Positions 7,741 through 16,381 of a DNA stretch of 32,000 nucleotides are shown in pieces. The DNA comes from Promethearchaeum syntrophicum. Its GTDB lineage: Archaea; Asgardarchaeota; Lokiarchaeia; Sigyniarchaeales; Promethearchaeaceae. The translations under genes and the position numbers were made by a program. The stretch lies in assembly GCF_008000775.2 (NCBI RefSeq), contig NZ_CP042905.2, positions 3,210,001 to 3,242,000 of the forward strand, written 5' to 3'. Position 1 is the stretch's first letter. Every line of letters begins with the position of its first letter. The notes beneath the pieces are model-generated. The model worked only from the letters and a program-made list of their open reading frames with translations, was not told where the DNA came from and made no database searches.

Positions 7741-8838
7741 TCAAGTTATATTCTTTAAACAATATAATATTCCAGGAAAAAGATGGGAAAGAATCCCAAC
7801 TTCATGTGGAGAAATTTTTTCCGAAGATTTATCATAATATATGTCAATATCTACCCCTTGCTCTATTCCTATCTCAGATAAAACTTGCTGGAATGTTTTA
7901 ATTTGAGTCGATAGCCCAAATTCATCAGCTATCTCAGAATTGACCAATAATTTAATATTTTGGAAAGGATTCGGGGCATTCTTAACCATTTCGATTATAT
8001 CATTTTCCATCCACTTCTTTTTTGAAAATTCATTCATTTCAATAATCGATCCATTAGAATTTCGTTTGATTGATGGGATTAATCGATTATCATTACAAAA
8101 AATAAGATCAAAAGTATCCATAATTTCTCCCAAATCTTTGGAACTCAATTTTTCTGCCTTTTTTTTGCCATAAATTCGAATATATAATGGCATTATAAAT
8201 TTTATTTCCAGAATATCTAAAAATGAAAGAACTGGGCTCAATGCAACCCCTACATTGAATTTCTCGGGATATTTCAAACATCCATATAGTGTCCCGTATC
8301 CTCCCATTGATGCCCCCATTAATGCACGATGTTCTTTATTGGGAATTGTGCGGTATTTTATATCAACAAAATTAATCAATTCATCAAAAATATAGTCAGA
8401 ATAATTACCAGTATATGGTGAATTTAAATAAAAAGAGCCTTTCATAAAAGGTAATCCATTTCCTTTTTTACGTCCATATATATCAGGTATTTTCAAACTG
8501 CAATCCGGTTGAACCAATATAAATGGTTGAATTTCCTGATTTATTATCATCGTATCAAAATCTTCATATTTGGGTCTTTTTTTAAATGATTTCCATAATA
8601 ATAACCGATAAAAAAGTGGATATGATTTCTTTAAATACTTTTTTGTTCCTACCAGCAAATCATCGATTTCTTCGCAGTAACCATGTAAAAGATAAATCAC
8701 AGGGTATCTTTTTTCAACAGGTTCATGATATCCAGGAGGAAGATAAATCATAAATTGCCTATCAGCGGGTGAATTTAAAGGATTACCTTCCAAACTTTTT
8801 GAATGGATTTTTTCAGTAATATATCGAAGATTTTTCAT
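7741..8838 (-). CDS. Alpha/beta-hydrolase, putative esterase family (esterase D-like), paralog 2
   Basis: Carries the same motifs (RYPVIYLLHGY, GASMGGYG). The start is trimmed to the ATG at 8838 because MKNLRYITEKIHSKSLEGNPL aligns with the paralog N terminus MKMTNPRYITENFHSQSLERNPL. The longest ORF reaches 8907. Confidence 0.8.
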   Translation of the reverse strand: MKNLRYITEKIHSKSLEGNPLNSPADRQFMIYLPPGYHEPVEKRYPVIYLLHGYCEEIDDLLVGTKKYLKKSYPLFYRLLLWKSFKKRPKYEDFDTMIINQEIQPFILVQPDCSLKIPDIYGRKKGNGLPFMKGSFYLNSPYTGNYSDYIFDELINFVDIKYRTIPNKEHRALMGASMGGYGTLYGCLKYPEKFNVGVALSPVLSFLDILEIKFIMPLYIRIYGKKKAEKLSSKDLGEIMDTFDLIFCNDNRLIPSIKRNSNGSIIEMNEFSKKKWMENDIIEMVKNAPNPFQNIKLLVNSEIADEFGLSTQIKTFQQVLSEIGIEQGVDIDIYYDKSSEKISPHEVGILSHLFPGILYCLKNIT

Positions 8839-8979
8839 ATCTAATATATTGATAACAATGTTAATAAATACACTACAAATTAGTGTACATTCATTCTTCC
8901 TTCTCATATCGACAAAATCAATAAATAAGAAATTTTTTTAGAAATGGACAACTTAAATTCACAAGATTAATTTCTATAT

Positions 8980-9002
8980 TCTTCGTGAGATACTTACGAA
9001 GA
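8980..9002 (+). other. Short hairpin in the rpo7 upstream region
   Basis: TCTTCGT (8980-8986) pairs with ACGAAGA (8996-9002) around a 9-nt loop. GTGAGATA occurs twice (8985-8992 and 9014-9021), and the second copy lies 9 nt upstream of the ATG at 9031. A TATA-like TTTCTATATT lies at 8971-8980. Confidence 0.25.
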
Positions 9003-9030
9003 CAAATACTTCTGTGAGATAAATAATAAA

Positions 9031-9612
9031 ATGTACAAGAAAATTACCCTACAGCACATTGTGCGTATCCCTCCAACCAAATTTGCCAGTAATATTAGAG
9101 AGGCAGCTTTTGAGATTCTTTCTGAGCAATTTAATGGTCAAATTTATGAAAATATCGGTTTTATAATTGCAGTTATTGATGTAATCGGTGATCCAAAAGA
9201 AGGCAAAATATTACACGGTGATGCCTCAACTTTCCATTTAGTTGATTTCTCAGTTCTCGCATATCTACCCAAACTCCATGAAATTGTTGAAGGAACGGTA
9301 GTTGAAGCTGTAGAATTTGGAGCTTTCATTAGGTTAGGTCCATCCGATGGTCTTTGCCATGTTTCTCAAATTTGTGACGATTTCATTTCATTTGAAAACA
9401 TGAATCAACGATTCATTGGAAAAGAGTCTTCAAAAATACTAACTGTTGATGATATGGTTCGAGGTAGAATTATTGCTGTCTCAATGGGAACGGGACGGTC
9501 AGGTAAGTTGGGATTAACAATGCGTCAACCATTTTTAGGCAAGATAGAGTGGATAATTAATGAAATTGAAGCCGAATCTGGTATTGAAGAAACAGAAGAA
9601 TTAGAAGATTAA
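9031..9612 (+). CDS. rpoE1: DNA-directed RNA polymerase subunit E' (Rpo7)
   Basis: N-terminal Rpo7 domain (LQHIVRIPP..F, YENIGFIIAVIDV, EGKILHGDAS) is followed by an S1 fold (EIVEGTVVEAVEFGAFIRLGPSDGLCHVSQI). The protein ends in an acidic tail. Confidence 0.93.
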   Translation: MYKKITLQHIVRIPPTKFASNIREAAFEILSEQFNGQIYENIGFIIAVIDVIGDPKEGKILHGDASTFHLVDFSVLAYLPKLHEIVEGTVVEAVEFGAFIRLGPSDGLCHVSQICDDFISFENMNQRFIGKESSKILTVDDMVRGRIIAVSMGTGRSGKLGLTMRQPFLGKIEWIINEIEAESGIEETEELED

Positions 9613-9635
9613 AAAAAAAAAGGATATGAATACTC

Positions 9636-9824
9636 ATGACTAAAGAACGCGCTTGTAGAACATGTCACCTAATAACACATAAGACTTTTTGCCCGAAATG
9701 TAAAACCCCAACACTCTCGGATGACTTTTCTGGGGCAGTTATTATTCTGGATCCTCAAAATTCGTTGATTGCGAGAAGATTAAACTTTGATGTCCGTGGA
9801 AAATACGCTCTAAGGGTTCGATAA
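9636..9824 (+). CDS. spt4: Transcription elongation factor Spt4 (RpoE'')
   Basis: A 62-aa zinc ribbon (CRTCHLIT...CPKC) is followed by the Spt4 motif DFSGAVIILDPQNS.IA..L. It starts 23 nt after rpo7, which is the canonical pairing. Confidence 0.9.
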   Translation: MTKERACRTCHLITHKTFCPKCKTPTLSDDFSGAVIILDPQNSLIARRLNFDVRGKYALRVR

Positions 9825-9833
9825 TTTAAAAAA

Positions 9834-10163
9834 TTATTTTAACGCTTGTCCACAAGTAGGACATTGGTCGATATTCGGCACAAGTTTTTCACCACAACCT
9901 GGACAAAAAGCAATTTCCTTGGTCTCATCAATTGAGGCCGCTTCTGGGGAAGATAGAGTATTGTTAGGTTCATTTAAGGCTTTCTTTTTTTGAATATATG
10001 CCACTGTTTGTTGGATTGCTCCTGAAATTATGCCTATTAGAGGAAAATATGCCCACCATACACCCCACCAGGAGAACGCAAACATTATAACCATAAATAT
10101 TGCTACACCAGTCCAAGATCCAATTAAACCATCAGCAGTTACTGATTTTTCTTTATTTTTCAT
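9834..10163 (-). CDS. Small membrane protein (2 TM) with a C-terminal zinc ribbon
   Basis: Two hydrophobic helices (WTGVAIFMVIMFAFSWWGVWW and YFPLIGIISGAI) are followed by CPGCG...CPTCG. Confidence 0.6.
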   Translation of the reverse strand: MKNKEKSVTADGLIGSWTGVAIFMVIMFAFSWWGVWWAYFPLIGIISGAIQQTVAYIQKKKALNEPNNTLSSPEAASIDETKEIAFCPGCGEKLVPNIDQCPTCGQALK

Positions 10164-10279
10164 AGAATCACTATTATATATTTACAAAAAGGAATTATAA
10201 AATTTTAGTCTTCAACCAATCAGAGCCTATATCATAAGCTCAGAAAACTTTTTCATATTTACTTCATGATTCAAAAATA

Positions 10280-11032
10280 ATGGACCAACAAGATTCAATT
10301 TTTATTCAAAAATTTCCCGTTCGGTATGGAGATATTGATATTTCAGGATATGCAAGTATTAAGAGTTTTTTTAGTAATTTTCAAGAAATTGGTTTTAATC
10401 ATGCTGATATTTTAGCCCAAAAATATAATGGAAAGAAAGAATTTTCTTTTGCTGTTGTATGGACTAAATTAAATGTAGTTATGAAAAGAATCCCAAAATG
10501 GAAGGAAATGCTTACTTATTCATCTTGGATTTCTCCGCTAATTCAAAATTCTAAAATTGCTACAAGAAATTTCAAAATTGAAGATTCTCAACATAACCAA
10601 ATTGGGTATGGTTATGGTACTATGGTCTTTTTTGATATGGTAAAACGGAAATCTATAGAAATACCTAAAGAATTGCTTATCTATCCAACTCATGATTATT
10701 CTATTGGAAATCATGAATTTTCAAAATTAGATAATCTGAGTACCTATGATTATCAAATAACAATTAAAACACAGTATACAGATTTAGATATATATCGTCA
10801 TGTAAATAATGTACGTTATATTAACTGGGTTATTGATTCCATGCCTCTCGATATACTAAAAAAGAAAAAATGTTATGAAACCGAAATCCATTTTTTAAAT
10901 GAAGCAAAAAATGGAATATTAGTTAAATCAAACACTAAAATACTAACTGAAAATGAAAAAATTTCAGCAAATCATGAAATAATTCGAGAAGATGGAAAAT
11001 CAATTGCGCGAGTTAAAACGATATGGAAATAA
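10280..11032 (+). CDS. Acyl-ACP thioesterase family protein (double hotdog fold)
   Basis: At 250 aa it has the length of the family. The N-terminal half reads FPVRYGDIDISGYASIKSFFSNFQE.GFNHA and the second half reads YTDLDIYRHVNNVRYINWV. This matches the FatA/FatB-type acyl-ACP thioesterase (PF01643-like) pattern. Confidence 0.7.
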   Translation: MDQQDSIFIQKFPVRYGDIDISGYASIKSFFSNFQEIGFNHADILAQKYNGKKEFSFAVVWTKLNVVMKRIPKWKEMLTYSSWISPLIQNSKIATRNFKIEDSQHNQIGYGYGTMVFFDMVKRKSIEIPKELLIYPTHDYSIGNHEFSKLDNLSTYDYQITIKTQYTDLDIYRHVNNVRYINWVIDSMPLDILKKKKCYETEIHFLNEAKNGILVKSNTKILTENEKISANHEIIREDGKSIARVKTIWK

Positions 11033-11065
11033 AAGTTCATCTTATAATTTGAAAAAAATGAATAA

Positions 11066-12583
11066 TTAAAATAAGAACAAGTTTTTTCCAGCATAAACGG
11101 GATCGCTGGTCAATCGAACTCCCAATGTTCTGAGTCCGGCTTCATCTCCGAAGGACGGAATGTGAGTTAAATGCATTTCACAATTTTTAAGTTCCTTTAG
11201 ATGATCCAAAGCCACTTTCGCGGTCGGATTTGTAATGGCACTTATACTCAGTGCAATCATAGTTTCCTCCAAATTCAAACTCACATTTGCAGATTTTCCT
11301 AAGCTTTCTTTCAATTCACCAATGGATTCCATTATATTCGGGGAAAGAAGATAGATTTTTTTAGGAATTTTTGCAATAATTTTGATTGCATTTATGATAA
11401 CCGCGGAGGGTGCATGCATAAGCGGCGAATTTTTTCCGGTTACTATTGTTCCATCGCTCAAAAGGATCGCTGCTCCCGAGAAAATTCCAGAATGACCTTT
11501 TCCTCTTTTTTTTGCTTTTTCTGCAGCTTTACGAGCAGGTTGAACGATTACTCGATCAGTGGGGGAAACACCTACTTCTTCCATTATTAAATTAATTCGA
11601 TCTGTGGTCGATTTTGGTGTTCGCCCCGCAGCATATTCTGAATGATAACTAAAATATCTGCGTATAATTTCTTCTTTTGCAGCTTTTTGCACAGCAATAT
11701 TATCGACGATTGCAAATCCGGCCCTATTTACCCCCATATCTGTAGGAGATTGATACATATTTCCATCCCCCATTATTTTAAATAAAATTTTTTTCAAAAC
11801 GGGAAAAGCGGCAACATCTCTGTTATAGTTTACGGCAGTAATTTTATGAGTTGCCAAGTGAAAGGGATCGATTTCATTGTAATCTCCAAGATCTGCAGTT
11901 GCAGCTTCATAGGCAATGTTAACTGGATGTTTTAGAGGAAGATTCCATATGGGGAAGGTTTCGAATTTTGCATATCCTGCTTTAATTCCTCGCTTGTGTT
12001 CATGGTATACTTGTGATAGGCACGTAGCCATTTTTCCACTACCAGGCCCAGGTCCCGAAACAACGACAATTGGTTTATTAGTCTCAATAAACGGATTTGC
12101 TCCATAACCTTCCTCACTAACAATGTGATCTACGTTAGTGGGATAACCATGGATTGTTTGATGAACATATACAGGAATATTATTCAATTCCAAGACGCGT
12201 TTAAATTGGATAACTGAGGGATGAGATTCATATCGGGTGATTACTACCCCACATATTTCCAATCCCCAATCTCGTAAATCATCAATGAGTTTTAGTGTTG
12301 CTTGATCATAAGAAATTCCAAAATCGGCACGAATTTTGCGACGTTCTATGTCCCCAGCATGAATGCATATGATGATGTCTAATTTATCTTTTAATTGCTG
12401 TAATAATTTCATTTTTACATTTGGATCATAGCCGGGAAGCACACGGGCCGCATGCATATCAAACATTAATTTCCCACCAAATTCTAAGTATAGTTTATTT
12501 CCATACTGTTTGGCCCGTTCAAGAATGAATTTTGTCTGTTCCTCTAGATATTTAAGATTATCAAAGCCCACAGAAATTTCCAT
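11066..12583 (-). CDS. DUF1846 (UPF0371) family protein
   Basis: The pattern GFDNLKYLEEQ...KLYLEFGGKLMFDMHAARVLPGYDPNVK and the ~500-aa length are typical of DUF1846. The start is placed at the ATG at 12583 (MEISVGFD). The upstream 29 codons of the longest ORF look like AT-rich read-through. Confidence 0.85.
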   Translation of the reverse strand: MEISVGFDNLKYLEEQTKFILERAKQYGNKLYLEFGGKLMFDMHAARVLPGYDPNVKMKLLQQLKDKLDIIICIHAGDIERRKIRADFGISYDQATLKLIDDLRDWGLEICGVVITRYESHPSVIQFKRVLELNNIPVYVHQTIHGYPTNVDHIVSEEGYGANPFIETNKPIVVVSGPGPGSGKMATCLSQVYHEHKRGIKAGYAKFETFPIWNLPLKHPVNIAYEAATADLGDYNEIDPFHLATHKITAVNYNRDVAAFPVLKKILFKIMGDGNMYQSPTDMGVNRAGFAIVDNIAVQKAAKEEIIRRYFSYHSEYAAGRTPKSTTDRINLIMEEVGVSPTDRVIVQPARKAAEKAKKRGKGHSGIFSGAAILLSDGTIVTGKNSPLMHAPSAVIINAIKIIAKIPKKIYLLSPNIMESIGELKESLGKSANVSLNLEETMIALSISAITNPTAKVALDHLKELKNCEMHLTHIPSFGDEAGLRTLGVRLTSDPVYAGKNLFLF

Positions 12584-12916
12584 ATCAGAAAATATCTTAT
12601 AAACTATAAAAATCTGCATAAATACGAGATTAACATGAAAATTTCTTGATAAAAACAAACCAGCATACAAGTTTACTAAAAAATTGGATACCTTTGGATT
12701 ATTAAAAAAAAAATCTACAAATTGAATTTAACATTGGGAAATTTATTCTCACATCTAAGCAAGCGTGAAAACGAGGGTTATGTATTCGTCAAAAAGGAAA
12801 TTATTGAAAAAAAGCTAAGGACAACAGTAAAAATTACTGAATTAGGCCCACAACAATTCTTAAGATATCGTAAACAAATGATAACGCTTTTAGAATGATT
12901 GTTTGATATTTTTTTT

Positions 12917-13942
12917 TTATTCTATCTGCCCTATTGCAATTAAATGGGATTTCAATTTTGAGATTCCTTCAATTATAAATGTTGCGGTAGATTCAGTGAA
13001 AAATTTTATCCAATTTTGTGCAGATAATGCCAGATCACGTAATTTTCGTTCAGGTTCTAATTTATATTGCAAATTTGTACTTAATTGGTCAATTCCCCAA
13101 CAGATATTGAAAACAGGGATAACCATTACGTAAAAAGGAGCAATTTTTTCGAGATTTAAACTTGTAGCCGGTGAAAAATGTTTTTGATACTCCGCAAAGA
13201 AATAATCTCGAAATTTTGCTTCCAAATCATTATCAAAGACAAAATTACTTACTTCTTCCAGACAATCCCCATATTCAGAATTTTCCCAATCAATTAACCA
13301 AAGCTTACCGTGATGGTCAAGGATGAAATTATTACTTAAATCTCCATGTAAAATGCTTGTAATTCCGTGAGTAAATATGTCTTGATTATCCTGTAGTAAA
13401 GTATGATATTCAGCAAGGGCAGCAGCAAAGGCAGATTTTATGGAATCATTCATTAAATTTGAATATCGATTTTTTATTGACTGGATGGTATCATTTAGGT
13501 TTTGGAAAAAAGACAAAATATGTTGAAAACCATTAGGAATTATTTTATAATCTAAGTTATGAATCTTTGCCAAATAACGAGCCATTTGACTTATAATTTT
13601 TTTATCCTTGAAAATAGCCATTTCTCCCTCAATATAATCGTAGATTACTGCACCATTAGGGATTATATCTTCGTCAATATAAATTGGATGTGTTAGAAAT
13701 TTCAATCCTTGAAATAAGAAATCCTCCCGAATTTTTGCTTCATTTAGAACCTTCATGGTTCGTTCGGGAAATAAAGCCATTTTCAAACAATAGACCTTAT
13801 TGTCCGTTCTCACTTTATACACAACAGATCCCTCACCTCTTCCTAGAAATGAAATCTCACTTATATGATCTCCAATTTTATTGAATAGGGCGTAAATTGA
13901 TTCAGTTTCTGCCTGTGTTAAATGGTGATTGGTAGATTTCAT
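12917..13942 (-). CDS. Phosphotransferase of the APH/choline-kinase-like family
   Basis: Contains a glycine-rich region with VYKV..., the Brenner-type catalytic motif LHGDLSNNFIL, and the metal-binding motif WLIDWENSEYGD. The first ATG is at 13942. The ORF track begins at a TTG at 13954. Confidence 0.75.
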   Translation of the reverse strand: MKSTNHHLTQAETESIYALFNKIGDHISEISFLGRGEGSVVYKVRTDNKVYCLKMALFPERTMKVLNEAKIREDFLFQGLKFLTHPIYIDEDIIPNGAVIYDYIEGEMAIFKDKKIISQMARYLAKIHNLDYKIIPNGFQHILSFFQNLNDTIQSIKNRYSNLMNDSIKSAFAAALAEYHTLLQDNQDIFTHGITSILHGDLSNNFILDHHGKLWLIDWENSEYGDCLEEVSNFVFDNDLEAKFRDYFFAEYQKHFSPATSLNLEKIAPFYVMVIPVFNICWGIDQLSTNLQYKLEPERKLRDLALSAQNWIKFFTESTATFIIEGISKLKSHLIAIGQIE

Positions 13943-14083
13943 AGGATTGATCAACTTGGGGGGAAAGTTTTTCGATTAGTGCGGGTCGATAAATTAATTT
14001 TAAAAAAAAAATCGATTGTATAATGCAATTCTGTAATTTTTTCTTGCATACCTGATAATAAGAATAATCGCAAAAAAAAGGGA

Positions 14084-14104
14084 TTAGAAATAAATTATTT
14101 CTAA
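14084..14104. repeat. Perfect 10-1-10 palindrome TTAGAAATAA-A-TTATTTCTAA
   Basis: Read directly from the sequence. It lies in the 333-nt divergent intergenic region between the kinase gene and ORF 14288. Confidence 0.5.
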
Positions 14105-14287
14105 AAAGAGATTATGGTATTTTCTTTATCAATAAATGAAGTGACATTTAAGTAAAATATAGTTTATGTTAAAAATAGGGGGTAAAACCCTCCCAACTTC
14201 TTTATATAGCAATTATTTGTTTAATTATTTGAAAGATTATTTTTGTAGAGCAGTGATTGAAACAACTAAAATGATTGGGAAAAAAAT

Positions 14288-14575
14288 ATGGAGAATCAAA
14301 AAAAAAAATATGGATTTGTTCGAACAAGATACGATCCTATAGAGCAAGATCTAATTTATTCAGAAAATGCTGAAGATTATATTCATATTATTTTCTTAGA
14401 GGACCGGAATTTATACTTCCAAACTGGAAAAACACGTTTTTACCAGGAAAAAATCCCAATTCCATACAACTTACATGAATTTACAGAATTTTACAAAGAA
14501 AAACCCCCTAGAATTACAAATAATAACCTTAAAACGATAAATTCATTGAATGAAGTTTTATTTGTTGATGAATAA
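14288..14575 (+). CDS. Hypothetical protein (95 aa)
   Basis: The ORF has a protein-like composition. I see no strong SD box and no recognisable family. Confidence 0.4.
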   Translation: MENQKKKYGFVRTRYDPIEQDLIYSENAEDYIHIIFLEDRNLYFQTGKTRFYQEKIPIPYNLHEFTEFYKEKPPRITNNNLKTINSLNEVLFVDE

Positions 14576-14687
14576 TCTTTTTTAATTACGAAAAAGATTT
14601 TTCAGATCTAAAAGGATGAAAAATCTCCCAATTTCTTTGAATGCTGCTGAACTGTTAATTATTTAAGAAAGTGTTTTCGGTGATAAT

Positions 14688-15716
14688 ATGAAAAAAACAA
14701 ATAAAATAATAAGTATGACCATCATCGGGTTAATTTTTATCTCACTATCATCTTCTTCATTGGATAGTGCTCTTGCAAATAAGATCACGAGTGAAAATGA
14801 AGTACCTGAGTTTGAAATAGATACAGATCCTGATGAAATAGATGAAGATAAAAGAAGAGAGTCGGAACGCGTGGTAACCATTGAGAATAATTCAAACTCT
14901 GCGCAAATCAAATCTATCCTCAAATATTCAGATCAAAAAGATGATATTACCATGGATATTTCAGCTATAAATAGTTTCTTTGTTAAGGGATTATATAAAT
15001 CACATACAATCTTTAATCAGATAAATTTGGAATTCCAGATAACCTTATATTCAATAATCGAGTTTGTAGATCAAAATGGGAATGAAATTTATGAACCAGA
15101 CATAGATCTAGAGATTCAAGAAATGGTTTTAGATTCATGGAAAGATATTTCATATGTTAATTTAAGCGCTCACATATTTACCATAAATACCACAAATGAT
15201 GTCTTTTTAGTTCGAATATTTGCGGTTGAAGGATATACAGATGTGAATGGAACAATAATCACTCCCTCAGAAATTAAAATTGATTTTGAGTTTCATAACT
15301 TTCCCTTTATGAATGAAACATCACTTTTAGCTTTGCGAACGAAATTTCAAAGCAATGCAGTATTCAAATTGAAGGATGAAACTCGAGGTGAAGATGAGGG
15401 ATATGCAGAAAATGAAGACTCTATTGAATTAGAAAGTGAGAGCGCTGTAGGATACTTTGCTTGGGCAGAAAATGCAAGTGCTGATGGGGTTGAAGTTGAA
15501 GTGCTATCCAGTCCAATGAAACTAGGTGCTTTAGAGAAGTTTATGTTTCTAAATTACCCACATGCAACAGATATACTTCATGATCCTAAGATCGGGTTTG
15601 TTTCGGAAATTTCAGCATTTTATATTTCAGGGTTTCCTTTAGTTATGGCGTTTTCTATTATTGGAATTGTATCTTTGATTCTTTTAATTAAGAAACCGAA
15701 ACTAAATAAGAAATAA
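14688..15716 (+). CDS. Hypothetical secreted/surface protein with a C-terminal membrane anchor
   Basis: GGTGAT lies 3 nt upstream of the ATG. The N terminus has a signal-like helix (MTIIGLIFISLSSSSLDSALA), followed by an acidic stretch. The C terminus has a hydrophobic helix (FPLVMAFSIIGIVSLILLI) followed by KKPKLNKK. Confidence 0.65.
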   Translation: MKKTNKIISMTIIGLIFISLSSSSLDSALANKITSENEVPEFEIDTDPDEIDEDKRRESERVVTIENNSNSAQIKSILKYSDQKDDITMDISAINSFFVKGLYKSHTIFNQINLEFQITLYSIIEFVDQNGNEIYEPDIDLEIQEMVLDSWKDISYVNLSAHIFTINTTNDVFLVRIFAVEGYTDVNGTIITPSEIKIDFEFHNFPFMNETSLLALRTKFQSNAVFKLKDETRGEDEGYAENEDSIELESESAVGYFAWAENASADGVEVEVLSSPMKLGALEKFMFLNYPHATDILHDPKIGFVSEISAFYISGFPLVMAFSIIGIVSLILLIKKPKLNKK

Positions 15717-15723
15717 TCTTCAT

Positions 15724-16293
15724 TTAAGAGTTTTTTTTTTGAAATTCTAAATATACCATTCGCTCGGAACAGATAGTTTTATCCGAAACCATTTCGAAAT
15801 TGAAGGAACGTATAGTTAAAATCTGTTGGAATATAGCAAAGAAGATATCCGACCATTTTTTACCCATATCGTGGGTCCCTTTAAAATAAAAGGGAGGATT
15901 CTGCACTTCATTTTCCATTTGCCGAAACCACCGAAGACCTGTTTTTTCTCCAATGAACTTGGACATTGTGGTAATAAATTCTTCCAAATTAGAAGAATTG
16001 GCGTTTTTCTGAATGCTATATTCGTAATATTCAATTATACTTTCGGCAATATTAGAAATAAAAGAGTGCAGCTGATCTTCTTCCAACATTTCTAGAAGTT
16101 TTGCATAAGAAGATCGGTTGACGGTGATCATAGAGGAATTACGGGTCCAATAACTCTCGATCCATTCCAAAATGGCGATTTTTGCCAATTGGTTGGGAGT
16201 CTGGTTTAAATTGTCAGCTATTTTTTCTAATCTCGCTAGAATTTCTTCCGGTAAGCGTATACCAATAAATTTTGAAGGGATTGTTATCACCAA
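15724..16293 (-). CDS. Ribbon-helix-helix (CopG/Arc-like) domain regulator with an uncharacterised C-terminal domain
   Basis: KFIGIRLPEEILARLEKIADNLNQTPNQLAKIAILEWIE reads as a strand-helix-helix RHH motif. The start is moved to TTG 16293 or GTG 16290 for two reasons: RHH strands sit at the N terminus, and a TTATATAA box (16310-16317) lies ~20-25 nt upstream, suggesting a leaderless mRNA. The longest ORF reaches 16383 through low-complexity sequence. Confidence 0.55.
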   Translation of the reverse strand: MVITIPSKFIGIRLPEEILARLEKIADNLNQTPNQLAKIAILEWIESYWTRNSSMITVNRSSYAKLLEMLEEDQLHSFISNIAESIIEYYEYSIQKNANSSNLEEFITTMSKFIGEKTGLRWFRQMENEVQNPPFYFKGTHDMGKKWSDIFFAIFQQILTIRSFNFEMVSDKTICSERMVYLEFQKKNS

Positions 16294-16343
16294 ATTTTGA
16301 AGGATTAAATTATATAAGCATTTGATACATTTAATAATATTTA

Positions 16344-16357
16344 TTATCAATTGATAA
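16344..16357. promoter_or_regulatory. Perfect 14-bp palindrome TTATCAATTGATAA, candidate operator
   Basis: Read directly from the sequence. It lies between the divergent RHH-regulator and flavin-reductase-like genes, downstream of a TATA-like TTTAATAATA (16329-16338) and 25 nt upstream of the ATG at 16382. A second palindrome, ATGATCAT, lies at 16361-16368. Confidence 0.35.
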
Positions 16358-16381
16358 CATATGATCATGTGAATAAAAATC

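Noticed and set aside
8839-8907. N-terminal extensions of longest ORFs (8839-8907, 1780-1809, 12584-12670, 16294-16383, 26655-26699, 22086-22145)
   Set aside because: Paralog or family alignment and SD/TATA positions support the internal starts. The extensions are hydrophobic, low-complexity translations of AT-rich upstream DNA.
14170-14200. Small GC-rich patch (AGGGGGTAAAACCCTCCC) examined as a possible tRNA or structured RNA fragment
   Set aside because: It offers only a short imperfect hairpin. No cloverleaf arms and no T-loop-like GTTCRA motif lie nearby. No tRNA-like sequence was found anywhere in the window.
14405-14428. DRNLYFQTG in ORF 14288-14575 resembles the TEV protease site ENLYFQ(G/S)
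   Set aside because: It is a short chance similarity in a hypothetical protein. The site is not an exact match and there is no vector or tag context.
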